Shown here: positions 46,403 through 58,821 of the stretch, one piece after another
Position numbering within the stretch: position 1 is the first letter of the stretch
Layout of the letters: each line of letters opens with the position of its first letter
Source of the DNA: Nemertoderma westbladi
Taxonomy: Eukaryota; Animalia; Xenacoelomorpha
DNA length: 64,000 nucleotides
Direction: 5' to 3'
Assembly (NCBI GenBank): GCA_032718475.1
Contig: JAUCBJ010007480.1
Coordinates: forward strand, 1-64,000
The notes under the pieces: model-generated
What the model was told of the DNA's origin: nothing
The model's database searches: none
Seen by the model: only the letters and a program-made list of their open reading frames with translations
Translations under genes and position numbers: made by a program

Positions 46403-49400
46403 CTATAGAGACCTCACCTCCTTGGGTACCTGGCAGACGCGATCTTGAAGCAGTCTTTCCCTGAGCGTTCTACGGGAAGGTCCAGTAAGGTACCAACCTA
46501 CTCTAGTTCTTACCGCATAGGTCTGTAGTGGCTGCGGTTGAGCAGGCCGTTTCTCTAATGTCTCCAGCGCCTCATGCGCGTTTTGGCCGATGAGTATTTG
46601 CACTCCAGGATAATCAGTCTGGAATCGAGGTATGTTAAGATGTTGGATGCTCTCATCCTCGTCCCAATTATAAAGGTCTGCTTGAGTAGTAGCGAAGTTC
46701 TTTATAGCCACCATTTTCACTGACCTGATGCTATGTTCTCCTAGTTCGTCCTGGGGGGTGGACAACTCACCTATATAATAGTCGGCAGCTACAGTATAAT
46801 TCCAAACCTGCATGATCCCTGACATGTTTAGCTTGGTTCGGAACTTGGGTTGTCCAGCAAAGATGTCTTCGGCTAGTTCTTTATCGATGAATGTTCCTGT
46901 GCTGCCGGAGTCCAGGAGGGCGTTCACTATATAGCTCTTCTGAGGTCCGTGGACCCGTAACTGAACTACAGGAAATTCTCGGATTCCTATATTGGAAGTT
47001 GGCGCTTTCCAAGATGGTTGTTGATCGGAAGTAGTTAAGGTAAGGTCGCTGTCTGTGTCTTTCTCATGTACGAGTGCTCTATACACTGCGGTGGTGTTTA
47101 TTAGGTAACAGGATTCGTTTTGGTCGGAGAACTCGTCCGTATAGAATCCTTCCATCTCAGATTGATCAGTGTCGTTCACATCACTGAATTGGACATGTAG
47201 TTCGGACTCACTTACCTGACTCGGGCTGTTTCGTTCGAATTCCGTGTGCAACAAGATATGATGTTTTGCGCCGCACTTTGCACACCTTGCGTCGGAGTTA
47301 CAGGTTCGCCGTTGGTGTCCTCGTCTGAGGCAATTATAACACAACCGCTTATTCCACATGACTTCACGTCTATCCTCGAGTGATTTCCTCAGGAATTTAT
47401 CACACGCATTTAAACGGTGGGGCCCGTCGCACAGCACACATTTCGGCTTGATGTTACTTACTTTAACCTGTGCTATGTGGTGCACACTTGTTCTTTCCTC
47501 GGGCTTTCTCACCTGAATTCTTTTAGGAGACGTAGGAAGGGTTTTTTGTACCGGTTCCCTTCTGTCATTGGGTCGAGACTCGGATTTACTTACCTGATCT
47601 TTAGGCAATTTATTGACATAATAAGATCTGTCAGTGTCTTTCCCGCTGTCCTCTCCTTGAGAAGTTTGGCTTTCACCGTCGTAGGTATAACATACTGGTG
47701 TTACCCTTCTCCTAGAAACGGGTTTCTCACTTACGTTGTTTTCCAGTGTCTTCTCTCTGGACTGTCTTAGGAGCTGTAATTTCACTTCTCCATCTAAGAA
47801 TGACATGAGATCAGCCATGGTAGGGTCTCGTTGTTGTTGTTCCATCATATATAACACTTTCTTGTCCCAGCGTGTACCTACTCCACCCTTGGGCAAAGTA
47901 GATGCTAAGGCTCCTACAACCATAGAATTCTGGTATTCATGAGACTTACCTAACCAATCTAGTTGTCTACAGATCTCCTGAATCTCATCGGAAAACTCTA
48001 TAATCCCGCTGCTAAGAAACTTTCGGGGCGCCATTAATTTCGCATATAAATACCTAGCTATGTTAGTCCTATTACTATACCTGATGTTTAGTGTATCCCA
48101 AACTTGTCTTAATCCATCTGGATGTCCAATAAATTTTAACGCCATTAACTTGGGAGGTCCTTCCAAACATTCGATGAGGAATCTAAGTTTCTCTCCGTTA
48201 GATAGTACAGAGTTCTGTATGTTATCTTTATAATATTCATTAAAAGGTAACCATTTCATCTCATCTCCATTGAACTTGACGATCTCTCCCACCTTTACCG
48301 CTTGCCGGGCTTCGGTTCTAGCCATTTGACGCGTAAAACTTTCTTGGGCCATCGTGTTATTTAATATCGAGTTATCGGTATATAAATTTCTCGGATTATG
48401 ATCAGTTCTATGTGGAATATCATTATCAACAGGTCTATAATTACCCTTAATAGGGTTCACTATAGGAGTTTCTACTTCGCTAGCAGTATATATGCGTGTA
48501 GGCTCCACACCTTGCGCATGAGATACTTCAGACCTAACAGGTTGACACATTGTTACAGAGGGTGGTGGTATACCTCTTTGAGTATTTACTAATTTATCGC
48601 GTTCTAACGCGATACTTTGCTGCACTTCTTGCAACTCTAGTCTACTTTCCATTACTGTGCCCTTGAACTGCTGGACAGTCTCCTGCATCTGCCCGAGCAG
48701 GATATCCATCCCCCGCCGTCTCTCGTCTACCCAATCAACCGCCGAAACGGGATCCGCCAACGTCGTAGCGGGCAGACGAGGGACAACGGGCGACAAATTT
48801 GGAATATTTCGCTCGGGGTCCAGGACCTGAACTGTCTCCTGGGCAGTTCTACGGGGCACAGGTAGCTTAGTGCTATGCAGAGGGAATTTATAGGTAGCTT
48901 CAGGGAGCACAGGTGTGTCTATCACCGTAGGGGTGATTTCAAGAACAGGCCTAATTATTTCAGGCTCATCTACTATAGTAGGGAGTCTTTCTATTTCAAT
49001 TATTTGGTCTGTGGGTTCTGTACTACCTAAGTTGGTGTTATTTAGTTGTCTTCTAACAGCTGGAGGCAAATCAGGCAATTTCTGACGGTGGGATGTTCTT
49101 CTACGTCTGCCTAGACGAGATCTATTTCCTTTGCCTTCAGTGTCTGTTGTATCTCCTTCATCAGAGGATGTAAATCCCTGTCTCTTGGAAGTAGTCCTAC
49201 TTATCAGCTGCATATCACTAGCCGTTATCTGTTTATTTAAGTAATCGTGCTTCTCTTGAAGATTCTCCAACTCTAGTTGGACTTTTTCTTCAGATGCCCT
49301 CCGTTCCGCTTCGGCCACTGCCTCTGCGGCCTTTCTTTCAGCCTCGGCCACCTTTCTTTCAGCTTCGGCCGCTGCCGCTGCCTCTGCCGCTTTTGCCTTG

Positions 49401-50140
49401 GCCGCTGCCGCCTTTCTTTCTGCCTCTGCCACTGCAGCTGCAAAGGCCGCTGCTATTTTCTTTCTGTCTTCTATAAGTTTTTTCTTTACTTGCTCTTCTT
49501 GGACTCTAGTGATGCGGAGTTGTTCATCAAATTTAGCCTGATTCGCAGCTAACATTTCCGCATCAATTGCGTCCAGCACAAGCTTGGTTCCTTCACTATT
49601 AGGGCTAAGCCCCTCCAGCCTTCTCCTCAACTCTTCATCTCCTACAAAGCGTTGATAGTCTGACAGATAGATGTCAATAGCATCCCTCTTAAGCGGTTTC
49701 TCTGCTGTCACTTCGCTTTCTTCTTGAGAAGAAGTGGCGTCGGTTGATTCTTCATAGGTTGGCCACTCATCATAAACCTTATCCGCCATCTTCGCTCCGC
49801 GTTTGGGCGTCAGCTCTACAGTATCCTCACTACTGGAGCTGCTGGGCCGCTGAGGAATAAGTTCTTGACTCGCGGGTTGTTGCTGTTCCGCTGCTTCTGG
49901 GTCCCGCTTGACCTGAGCTCGAGTGCCTATGATAGACCTACGATGTTGGACTAGCCTAGGGTCTGATACTACTACTTGAGGGATGATCTTTCGCACAGTA
50001 GGAGGGGACTTAGACTTTGGTCTGGGATGTTCCATACTTTGATCTTGGTCACAGATCCTTTTAAGACGCTGTCTAAGTCGAATACTCATTCTAACACCCT
50101 CTAAGAGACTATCTGACAATGTTTGTTGTGAGTCAGACAT
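46403..50140 (-). CDS. gag: BEL/Pao Gag-aspartic protease polyprotein (1245 aa)
   Basis: Coiled coil; KFNGD..W..F..LSNGEKLRFL capsid region; three Zn knuckles CVLC..H..C, CYNC..GH..C, CAKC..HH.LLH; protease ALLDSGS..FI, ILIG, RT.VGW.LTGP. Confidence 0.93.
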   Translation of the reverse strand: MSDSQQTLSDSLLEGVRMSIRLRQRLKRICDQDQSMEHPRPKSKSPPTVRKIIPQVVVSDPRLVQHRRSIIGTRAQVKRDPEAAEQQQPASQELIPQRPSSSSSEDTVELTPKRGAKMADKVYDEWPTYEESTDATSSQEESEVTAEKPLKRDAIDIYLSDYQRFVGDEELRRRLEGLSPNSEGTKLVLDAIDAEMLAANQAKFDEQLRITRVQEEQVKKKLIEDRKKIAAAFAAAVAEAERKAAAAKAKAAEAAAAAEAERKVAEAERKAAEAVAEAERRASEEKVQLELENLQEKHDYLNKQITASDMQLISRTTSKRQGFTSSDEGDTTDTEGKGNRSRLGRRRRTSHRQKLPDLPPAVRRQLNNTNLGSTEPTDQIIEIERLPTIVDEPEIIRPVLEITPTVIDTPVLPEATYKFPLHSTKLPVPRRTAQETVQVLDPERNIPNLSPVVPRLPATTLADPVSAVDWVDERRRGMDILLGQMQETVQQFKGTVMESRLELQEVQQSIALERDKLVNTQRGIPPPSVTMCQPVRSEVSHAQGVEPTRIYTASEVETPIVNPIKGNYRPVDNDIPHRTDHNPRNLYTDNSILNNTMAQESFTRQMARTEARQAVKVGEIVKFNGDEMKWLPFNEYYKDNIQNSVLSNGEKLRFLIECLEGPPKLMALKFIGHPDGLRQVWDTLNIRYSNRTNIARYLYAKLMAPRKFLSSGIIEFSDEIQEICRQLDWLGKSHEYQNSMVVGALASTLPKGGVGTRWDKKVLYMMEQQQRDPTMADLMSFLDGEVKLQLLRQSREKTLENNVSEKPVSRRRVTPVCYTYDGESQTSQGEDSGKDTDRSYYVNKLPKDQVSKSESRPNDRREPVQKTLPTSPKRIQVRKPEERTSVHHIAQVKVSNIKPKCVLCDGPHRLNACDKFLRKSLEDRREVMWNKRLCYNCLRRGHQRRTCNSDARCAKCGAKHHILLHTEFERNSPSQVSESELHVQFSDVNDTDQSEMEGFYTDEFSDQNESCYLINTTAVYRALVHEKDTDSDLTLTTSDQQPSWKAPTSNIGIREFPVVQLRVHGPQKSYIVNALLDSGSTGTFIDKELAEDIFAGQPKFRTKLNMSGIMQVWNYTVAADYYIGELSTPQDELGEHSIRSVKMVAIKNFATTQADLYNWDEDESIQHLNIPRFQTDYPGVQILIGQNAHEALETLEKRPAQPQPLQTYAVRTRVGWYLTGPSRRTLRERLLQDRVCQVPKEVRSL

Positions 50141-51492
50141 GTTTGGTTGTACAGTTGAATGCCTACTGCTATATTACAGTCTAAGCAAGTCTAGTAATTC
50201 AGTATTAACTGCTAGCCTAGTAATTAATTACCGATACTGCTACCCAGTGTAGCGTGATATATATAATATTAGAATACCGGTATGCTTATGGTATATATAA
50301 GTATTATGACAGACTAGGTTTTTCACAGAAACCGGTATATAATTTTAGCACAAATATATATAAATATATAATAGGCCTATCGTGGATACCGGTATGCAGT
50401 TTACACTTATAGTGTATATATATAAGTATAATTACAGACTAGAATTAATTACAGAATACCGGTATGATTTCAACCTAAAATTTATAGAAATAAAGATAAT
50501 AGGCCTATCGTAAATACCGGTATATCAATTATTTTAAAATAACTGAATTTCTGAACTTTAGGGTTACTTGGTTACTTTAACTTACTTTATTACCGTTATT
50601 TAAGCAGTAATCCAACTGATATTGAGACCTAATGGTTGTATGGTAGGCCTACTATTTATAAATCGTTAGATTTGATTTATAATATATATATACCCGTTTT
50701 AATGGGTTTTGTCTATGTTTGAAATAAATGTTATTATTTCTGGGGTAATCACTACACAAAGCGGTGCGCTTTCAGTGAAGTGTTACGTATAGGACACTAA
50801 AACAAATAATTCTAATTTACCTAAGTTACTTAATACTACAAATTACGTACAATTCGGGTTGAGATTACAATCTCTAAATAAACTCAAAAATTTACAAAAA
50901 ACACAAAATACGAATTTTTAGGGTAATTTTGCAAGAAGTCTACAAACCAGCCTAACAAAGGGTTAGAAAACTGGTTATTACAACGGACAGGGTACTACGG
51001 TATTTGAAATAATAAGTAGTAGTAAATACACTGCGTTGTCTAGATAGGAAAATACCACCGCCTGACGACCTATAGCCGTATCGCTATAGGTTCTACGTTA
51101 TGTATCACGGAGTGTTCCTACCTAGAAGTTAATAGAGCTAATCGAATGTGCCTATCAACCACTTTACAACACAAATATAATGCCTACAATAATTACTTCG
51201 GAAAGTACTGTACACTAAACCCTAAATTAGGTACGAGTACTTGTACAACAGATAATCAGTAGTTAAATATACTTGAACAGCTAAAAGAACCACGGCATCT
51301 GCTGGAGTGACCGATGCACAAAATCACCAGTCTTTACCTACGCCGAGCAGCCCGTGTAGTACCGGGGTTAATTTAACTATAGCGGTATGTATAACGAACA
51401 CAATTACTGTAGGAACAAACTTGGGGAATGAATGTTGCGGATAATCGCATAAACTCTGAATAATAAATATTACGCTACGCGTACAAACTACT

Positions 51493-52030
51493 CAAACAAA
51501 ATACAGACCGAACACTGACAGACTACCATCAAGCCTAAACAAACTACGGTATATGCAGACTCCGAAATGATTAGGGAGTATGCGCTCTAACCCAGTAGTG
51601 CGACTTATTCTTTAGTTGGGGGTTTACCTTACAGCGTTCGCTGCCCCTACTGCCTAACCGTACTTAATCGGACAGATGATCTACACACACGGCAATCCGT
51701 TCAGACCTAATAACAGCCAGACAACTATCCAGCCTACAAATTATCTAAATAAAATTATACGCTACCCGTACAGACTTACACAAACAAAGTACAGACTAAA
51801 CGATGGCAGACTACTCTCAAGCCTAAATAAACTACAGGACATGCAGACTCCGAAATGATTAGGGAGTATGCGCTCTAACCCAGTAGTGCGACTTATTCTT
51901 TAGTTGGGGGTTTACCTTACAGCGTTCGCTGCCCCTACTGCCTAATCGTACTTAATCGGACAGGTGATCTACACACACTGCAATTCGTTCAGACCTAACA
52001 GCAATCAGACAACAGCTCAGCCTACAAATC
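51493..52030. repeat. ~290-bp tandem duplication in the BEL 5' UTR
   Basis: ATGCAGACTCCGAAATGATTAGGGAGTATGCGCTC... at ~51552 and 51841. Confidence 0.85.
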
Positions 52031-52352
52031 GTCTGTACAATCTGATCAGGCTTACACGCCTTCTGTTCAATACTGGCCTACAAATAAATAAAACTTGACA
52101 GAAATAAGTAAAATCTCAATAAAAAATCAGGGCGGCCGTTCCCTGATTAAGTACTAAGACCTACCGGTATACAACTATCAAATCGAATAATACTGCTGTA
52201 CCTGTACTGCTGTAGGTACCGGTCCGGGTGGTTAGGTAGTCAGGCCTACTGGTACCGGTTCTGGCAGTTGGGCCTACTGACCTACAGATGTACCGGTTGA
52301 CCGGTACTTTCAACTTTATTGCTTACTGCAATAAAGAAGTTATATCCTTTAA

Positions 52353-53545
52353 TGTTCGCGCTTTCAGACCTTTGGCAGTTTAACCCGCCAAATTAAGATG
52401 TCTTCTAGATATTAAATCGCTTTTTAGCCTATGACAAGTATTTGATTCACTACACTAGTCGAAACCAATCCGTGCGCGACCATTCACCCGCTGGATATTC
52501 CCGGGAGATTGGGTTCGACGGTTTAATTTTATTGCTATGTAAGCCTAATGTATTATTCGACTGACAGTATTATATAATCTCTGACAATATTATTCACCTT
52601 CGGGAATATTAACAGTTCCTTTAGGACGTGGCGCTTTATCTATATAAACAGAGTTATGACTTAAACTACTCACAACGATATGGCTCAATTATAATTAACA
52701 TATATGGCGCATTCTTTAGGAATGCTTCTTTAACAGACTCACTCATACGCAATGCTGCACAATACTGCACACTAATCTGCCAATCTTCACTGATTTTAGT
52801 CACATATAAAAGGAACACAGACTGACTCATGTAGGGTCTACCAAATAACATTAGATTCACTTCAAACCACTTTAACATAAGTCACAATCGTTATTGGTAA
52901 CCTTTCTCTCTTACCTTCGGTATATCAAGAATATTGGGTATCGGGGTTATTTCTCGTTATTCCAATATAATAATTCATCAACCAATATAATGAATAACCG
53001 ACAACAAATAGCAGTATACAGTATCGATTGAGCAGGTAATTTTTGCAGTTTCAGCAGTTATTAAAAGCCGTGTGGCAGCAGTTGCTGTCGCCAGGTTAAA
53101 GGATATATGTCCTTGTAATTAAACCTACTAGTGTTGAGCTAAAAAGCAGAAAGCACAAAACACTAAAAGCCGTTCTTTCGTGGCTTTGAAAAACTCGTGA
53201 CTACTGCTCTATACGAGGATACCAACTCCCTTATTCCACGAAGCTCCCGTTCAACACAGAGAAAGAGCAGTGAGATAGGAAATTTTCAGTTCAGTAGCCT
53301 GTGATAGGTCAAAATCAAGGCTAACTCAAATTCTATTGGGAGATACAAAACAATGCTATGACGCAACCTCCCTAGGCTTGTTGGCCGATTAAACAGAGCC
53401 CAGATGCCTGCGTACAGCAAATCAGCCAATAAGCTGGTAACTTGCACTATTTTTAGCTGTAGATCACTTTGAGAGTATTCTTAGCGACTGGGGGGGAACT
53501 GGCCAACAAGGCAAACGAATCAGTTATCCCACAAAAGCTTTTACA
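52353..53545 (-). repeat. 5' LTR
   Basis: Near-identical to 40228-41418. Confidence 0.95.
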
Positions 53546-53800
53546 CCTACAGTATAGGAAACTCCAGTACTAATTAAGCTACCATTTATGGAAGGCAGAG
53601 ATGTTCCCTGGCTTAGTTCCTTTATGGTCTTTAAAGTATCGTGCCGAAACGAAAAATACCCTAGCCCCATGTTGTTTGGCAAAAGTTTAGAAATTTTCCA
53701 AGTTTAATTTACTTGTGGCCTTCGAGAAGGTAAGATAAATTCAGTTAATTAATTAATGATCAATTAATTAATGTTGGTTAGGGTAAAAACAGCATTTTCA

Positions 53801-54157
53801 ACATTTATTATAGGAAGGGACTGTAGGGGTCTTGACCTCGAATGATAAGTTTATTTTACCGAAAATAACTTATCTTTTATTGCCGCAAGTGTAGGACTAA
53901 TCCCATCACATGCGTACTTTTTAACCGGGTAGTGTACAAATTTAGGAATCGCGTAATTTTTCTTGAAATTAATATCTCATATCTTAATTTCAAGAAAAAT
54001 TACGCGATTCCTAAATTTGTACACTACCCGGTTAAAAAGTACGCATGTGATTTCTACTTCTACTACAATTGCGCCAATAAAAGATAAGTTATTTTCGCGG
54101 TAAAATAAACTTATCATTCGAGGTCAAGACCCCTAGATCCCTTCCTATAATAAATGT
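53801..54157. repeat. Long near-perfect palindrome (foldback MITE-like)
   Basis: ~170-bp arms around a ~10-nt loop at ~53973-53983. Confidence 0.88.
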
Positions 54158-54380
54158 ATATAACAAACACCTCGAAAAATACAGCTTGCCAACACATTGT
54201 TACTATCATTTTCAACATGACACTTAATGGAAATTAATTATTTTATAGTATAAGATATAAATAATTATACTTAAAAAATATACAGCTGTAATCCCATACT
54301 CCATTCCATTATAGTTTTTAATTAGTTCAAGTGATTTGCTTTAAGAAATGTGATTTTAATTGATCTAAACGTAATTAAGT

Positions 54381-56018
54381 TATTAGGAGCCCGCTCGACA
54401 GGCGGGATACTTACTGTAAAAATCTGCGGGATACTTACTGTAAAAATCTCAGAATATATAACACTGACTGACTGACTGACTGACTGATAATTATCTAGGT
54501 TCAGGCACTTCCTGCCTGGCGATTTTGTTGAAATTTTACAAGTAAATTGCTTTGGTGGTTCATAATCGCGTTACAAAATATCAGATCAATTCAATGTGTG
54601 ATATTCGATATAATTCGTTTTTTTGAAATTATTTTGTCGCGAAATTAAAAGCAATGGTAAAGTAACAACTCCTGCCTGAGCTGCTGCAGCAGCTAGCTGT
54701 GTATAGCTGTGTAGTAATGGTTGAGATAAGGGCTGCCTGAGATAGAATTCCATCAAGGCAGAATTTCTTGACTACACCCCTCCTACTGCTGGCTGCTGGC
54801 TGAGTCTACACATCCTTTATCAGCTCTCAGGGATAGACAGAAAATAGTTGAGTTGTTAATAAACAAAATAAATTATACCACTGCAGTAGGATTATATTAT
54901 TATTCCACGAATCATTGGGTTGATTATTTTGTATAGGATATATGTAGAATGTTCTTAAAAATAATATTCTTATTTTTTTTATTACATAGGATTAGCATCA
55001 TTTTTTAGCTGAAGCATTGATAGTGCTAATTAATTTAATTATATTTTAATACCATTACTACATTGGCATAAGATAAGTTTTAACATTTCTTACAAATATT
55101 ATAAAACTCAATAGTGGTGCGAGCATAAAACTCAAATCACACAAATTTAAAAGAACCAGGTGTGTTGTCATAATATCTATCTCCATAGGTTATTCTGCTG
55201 GACTGGGTCTGGGTGCGGCTTTGCTTTTGGGACGGGGTGCTGATTGAAAGGGGGGTTGAAGGGGGGAACTGTCTCCCCTTTTCACTTTGACTGATTTGCG
55301 GTTTTGTTAAATTTCTTGGATATAGTTGTTGTGATGCTAAAATTTAATTTGTCTTTGATAATGTATTATTTTGTTTCATATTGTTTAGACTTTCAATTTT
55401 CATAATATTAGTTGAGTTTTTGTTTATACATTTGCTCTATAATATATTATATAATTTGTATTTATTAAAATAATTTAATGAAACTGTTATCACTATTATT
55501 ATCTTACTAGAACTACTGACACTAAGGTGGAAGAGCTAGGATATTTGCGCTTTGTTTGTGTTTTAGTTTTAGTAACTATAGCTACCCCTTTCTATTGTTA
55601 GTTTTGTTCTATAATGCAGCATTGGTTGATCGCCTTAGCAGCCGGTGTTGTAATATTCGTATGGAAATGGAGTCGCATTTATAATATAGGGTGGTTCTTG
55701 GGTGGGTTCAGGGTCATCACTCGCTCGGTGTCCTGGTTGTGCATCATGGGCATTTTTTCATAAATATTCGGTAATCTTATATCTTGTAAACGTGCTTATT
55801 TGCTTCATATTATATTTTTGTTAGTGGTAGCAAAGTTTAATTTTTTATTATGTGGGACGATCGACAAAGTCAGCTAGCCTCACGCCTTACAGTTTAGACA
55901 ATTGTTTAGTTTAGGCCTACTTACTAGGCCTACAGCTGACTGACATAGTTCATTTGTAATAGTCTTGGCTAGGATTCTTCCCCCGGGCTCCTTCCAGCCA
56001 GCTTGCTGGCTTTCTAGT
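54381..56018 (+). mobile_element. Helentron-associated non-autonomous element (HINE/DINE-1-like), copy 1
   Basis: 5' subTIR GGAGCCCG with adjacent hairpin, (ACTG)n, 3' subTIR CGGGCTCC, stem-loop CCAGC..GCTGG, end CTAGT. Confidence 0.75.
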
Positions 56019-56142
56019 TAAAATACCCTGTCACTCTATACTACTTCCAGCTCCCTCAATCCAAGGCATGCTTTATATTGCATAGCCTAACTGGGAACCA
56101 GTCCAACACGTACCACCTCACCACTATTCAAAGGAACGAATG

Positions 56143-57786
56143 TAATTAGGAGCCCGCTCGACAGGCGGGATACTTACTGTAAAAATCTGCGGGATACTTA
56201 CTGTAAAAATCTCAGAATATGTAACACTGACTGACTGACTGACTGACTGATAATTATCTAGGTTCAGGCACTTCCTGCCTGGCGATTTTGTTGAAATTTT
56301 ACAAGTAAATTGCTTTGGTGGTTCATAATCGCGTTACAAAATATCAGATCAATTCAATGTGTGATATTCGATATAATTCGTTTTTTTGAAATTATTTTGT
56401 CGCGAAATTAAAAGCAATGGTAAAGTAACAACTCCTGCCTGAGCTGCTGCAGCAGCTAGCTGTGTATAGCTGTGTTGTAATGGTTGAGATAAGGGCTGCC
56501 TGAGATAGAATTCCATCAAGGCAGAATTTCTTGACTACACCCCTCCTACTGCTGGCTGCTGGCTGAGTCTACACATCCTTTATCAGCTCTCAGGGATAGA
56601 CAGAAAATAGTTGAGTTGTCAATAAACAAAATAAATTATACCACTGCAGTAGGATTATATTATTATTCCACGAATCATTGGGTTGATTATTTTGTATAGG
56701 ATATATGTAGAAAGTTCTTAAAAATAATATTCTTATTTTTTTTATTACATAGGATTAGCATCATTTTTTAGCTGAAGCATTGATAGTGCTAATTAATTTA
56801 ATTATATTTTAATACCATTACTACATTGGCATAAGATAAGTTTTAACATTTCTTACAAATATTATAAAACTCAATAGTGGTGCGAGCATAAAACTCAAAT
56901 CACACAAATTTAAAAGAACCAGGTGTGTTGTCATAATATCTATCTCCATAGGTTATTCTGCTGGACTGGGTCTGGGTGCGGCTTTGCTTTTGGGACGGGG
57001 TGCTGATTGAAAGGGGGGTTGAAGGGGGGAATTGTCTCCCCTTTTCACTTTGACTGATTTGCGGTTTTGTTAAATTTCTTGGATATAGTTGTTGTGATGC
57101 TAAAATTTAATTTGTCTTTGATAATGTATTATTTTGTTTCATATTGTTTAGACTTTCAATTTTCATAATATTAGTTGAGTTTTTGTTTATACATTTTCTA
57201 TAATATATAATATATAATATAATTTGTATTTATTAAAATAATTTAATGAAACTGTTATCACTATTATTATCTTACTAGAACTACTGACACTAAGGTGGAA
57301 CAGCTAGGATATTTGCGCTTTGTTTGTGTTTTAGTTTTAGTAACTATAGCTACCCCTTTCTATTGTTAGTTTTGTTCTATAATGCAGCATTGGTTGATCG
57401 CCTTAGCAGCCGGTGTTGTAATATTCGTATGGAAATGGAGTCGCATTTATAATATAGGGTGGTTCTTGGGTGGGTTCAGGGTCATCACTCGCTCGGTGTC
57501 CTGGTTGTGCATCATGGGCATTTTTTCATAAATATTCGGTAATCTTATATCTTGTAAACGTGCTTATTTGCTTCATATTATATTTTTGTTAGTGGTAGCA
57601 AAGTTTAAGTTTTTATTATGTGGGACGATCGACAAAGTCAGCTAGCCTCACGCCTTACAGTTTAGACAATTGTTTAGTTTAGGCCTACTTACTAGGCCTA
57701 CAGCTGACTGACATAGTTCATTTGTAATAGTCTTGGCTAGGATTCTTCCCCCGGGCTCCTTCCAGCCAGCTTGCTGGCTTTCTAGT
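56143..57786 (+). mobile_element. HINE-like element, copy 2
   Basis: Almost identical to copy 1 with different flanks. Confidence 0.75.
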
Positions 57787-57914
57787 GAGCCAGACTAATA
57801 AGAGAGCTTCCTCGCTTTTTATGTTTACCTTACAAAATGATTGGCTTAGTATTTAATCGTGATTCTTTAGAATAATTAGCTAAATAATTTCGTTGAGGTG
57901 TTGACATGGTAAAT

Positions 57915-58821
57915 TAATTAGGAGCCCGCTCGACAGCGGGATACTCACTGTAAAATTCTGCAGGATACTTACTGTAAAAATCTCAGGATATATAACACTG
58001 GCCCTTCCTGCCTGGCGATTTTGATGAAATTTTGCAAGTACATTGCTTTGGTGGTTTATAATCGCGTTACAAAATATCAGATCGATTCTATGTGTGTGGT
58101 ATTCGATATATTTTGTTTTTTTGAAATTATTTTGTCGCGAAATTAAAAGCAATGGTAAAGTAACAACTCCTCCCTGAGCTGCTGCAGCAGCTAGCTGTGT
58201 AGGAATGGTTGAGTAAAGGGCTGCCTGAGATAGAATTCCATCAAGGCAGAATTTCTTGACTACACCCTTCCTGCTGCTGGCTGAGTCTACACATCCTTTA
58301 TCAGCTCTCAGGGATAGACAGAAAATAGTTGAGTTGTCAATAAACAAAATAAATTATACCACTGCAGTAGGATTATATTATTATTCCATGAATCATTGGG
58401 CTGATTATTTTGTATAGGATATATGTATGTAGAATGTTCTTAAAAATAATATTCTTATTTTTATTATTACATAGGATTAGCATCATTTTTTAGCTGAAGC
58501 ATTAATAGTGTAAATTAATTTAATTATATTTTAATACCATTACTACATTGGCATAAGATAAGTTTTAATATTTGTTACAAATAGTGGTGCGAGCATAAAA
58601 CTCAAATCACGCAAATTGAAAAGAACCGGGTGTGTTGTCATAGCAATGTTTCATTTTTTATTATGTGGGACGAGCCACAAAGTCAGCTAGCCCCACGCCT
58701 TATAGTTTAGACAATTGTTTAGTTTACTTACTGCTGACTGACAAGATTTATTTGTAATACAGTAGTATTGGCTAGGATTCTTCCCCCGGGCTCCTTCCAG
58801 CCAGCTTGCTGGCTTTCTAGT
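57915..58821 (+). mobile_element. HINE-like element, copy 3 (shorter variant)
   Basis: Same termini, lacks the central ~700 bp, more diverged. Confidence 0.72.

Larger units (their letters stand above)
40228..53545 (-). mobile_element. BEL/Pao LTR retrotransposon, non-autonomous (Gag-protease intact, RT and integrase absent)
   Basis: Two ~1.19-kb near-identical TG..CA LTRs; 5-bp TSD CCTAC (40223-40227, 53546-53550); BEL-type Gag. Confidence 0.95.

Noticed and set aside
47417-49552. Plus-strand ORFs inside gag, and similar antisense ORFs within the CYP, MCP and pPolB genes
   Set aside because: Shadow frames of real coding sequence
57880-58347. 155-aa ORF
   Set aside because: Lies within a non-coding HINE-like repeat and has no recognisable motifs
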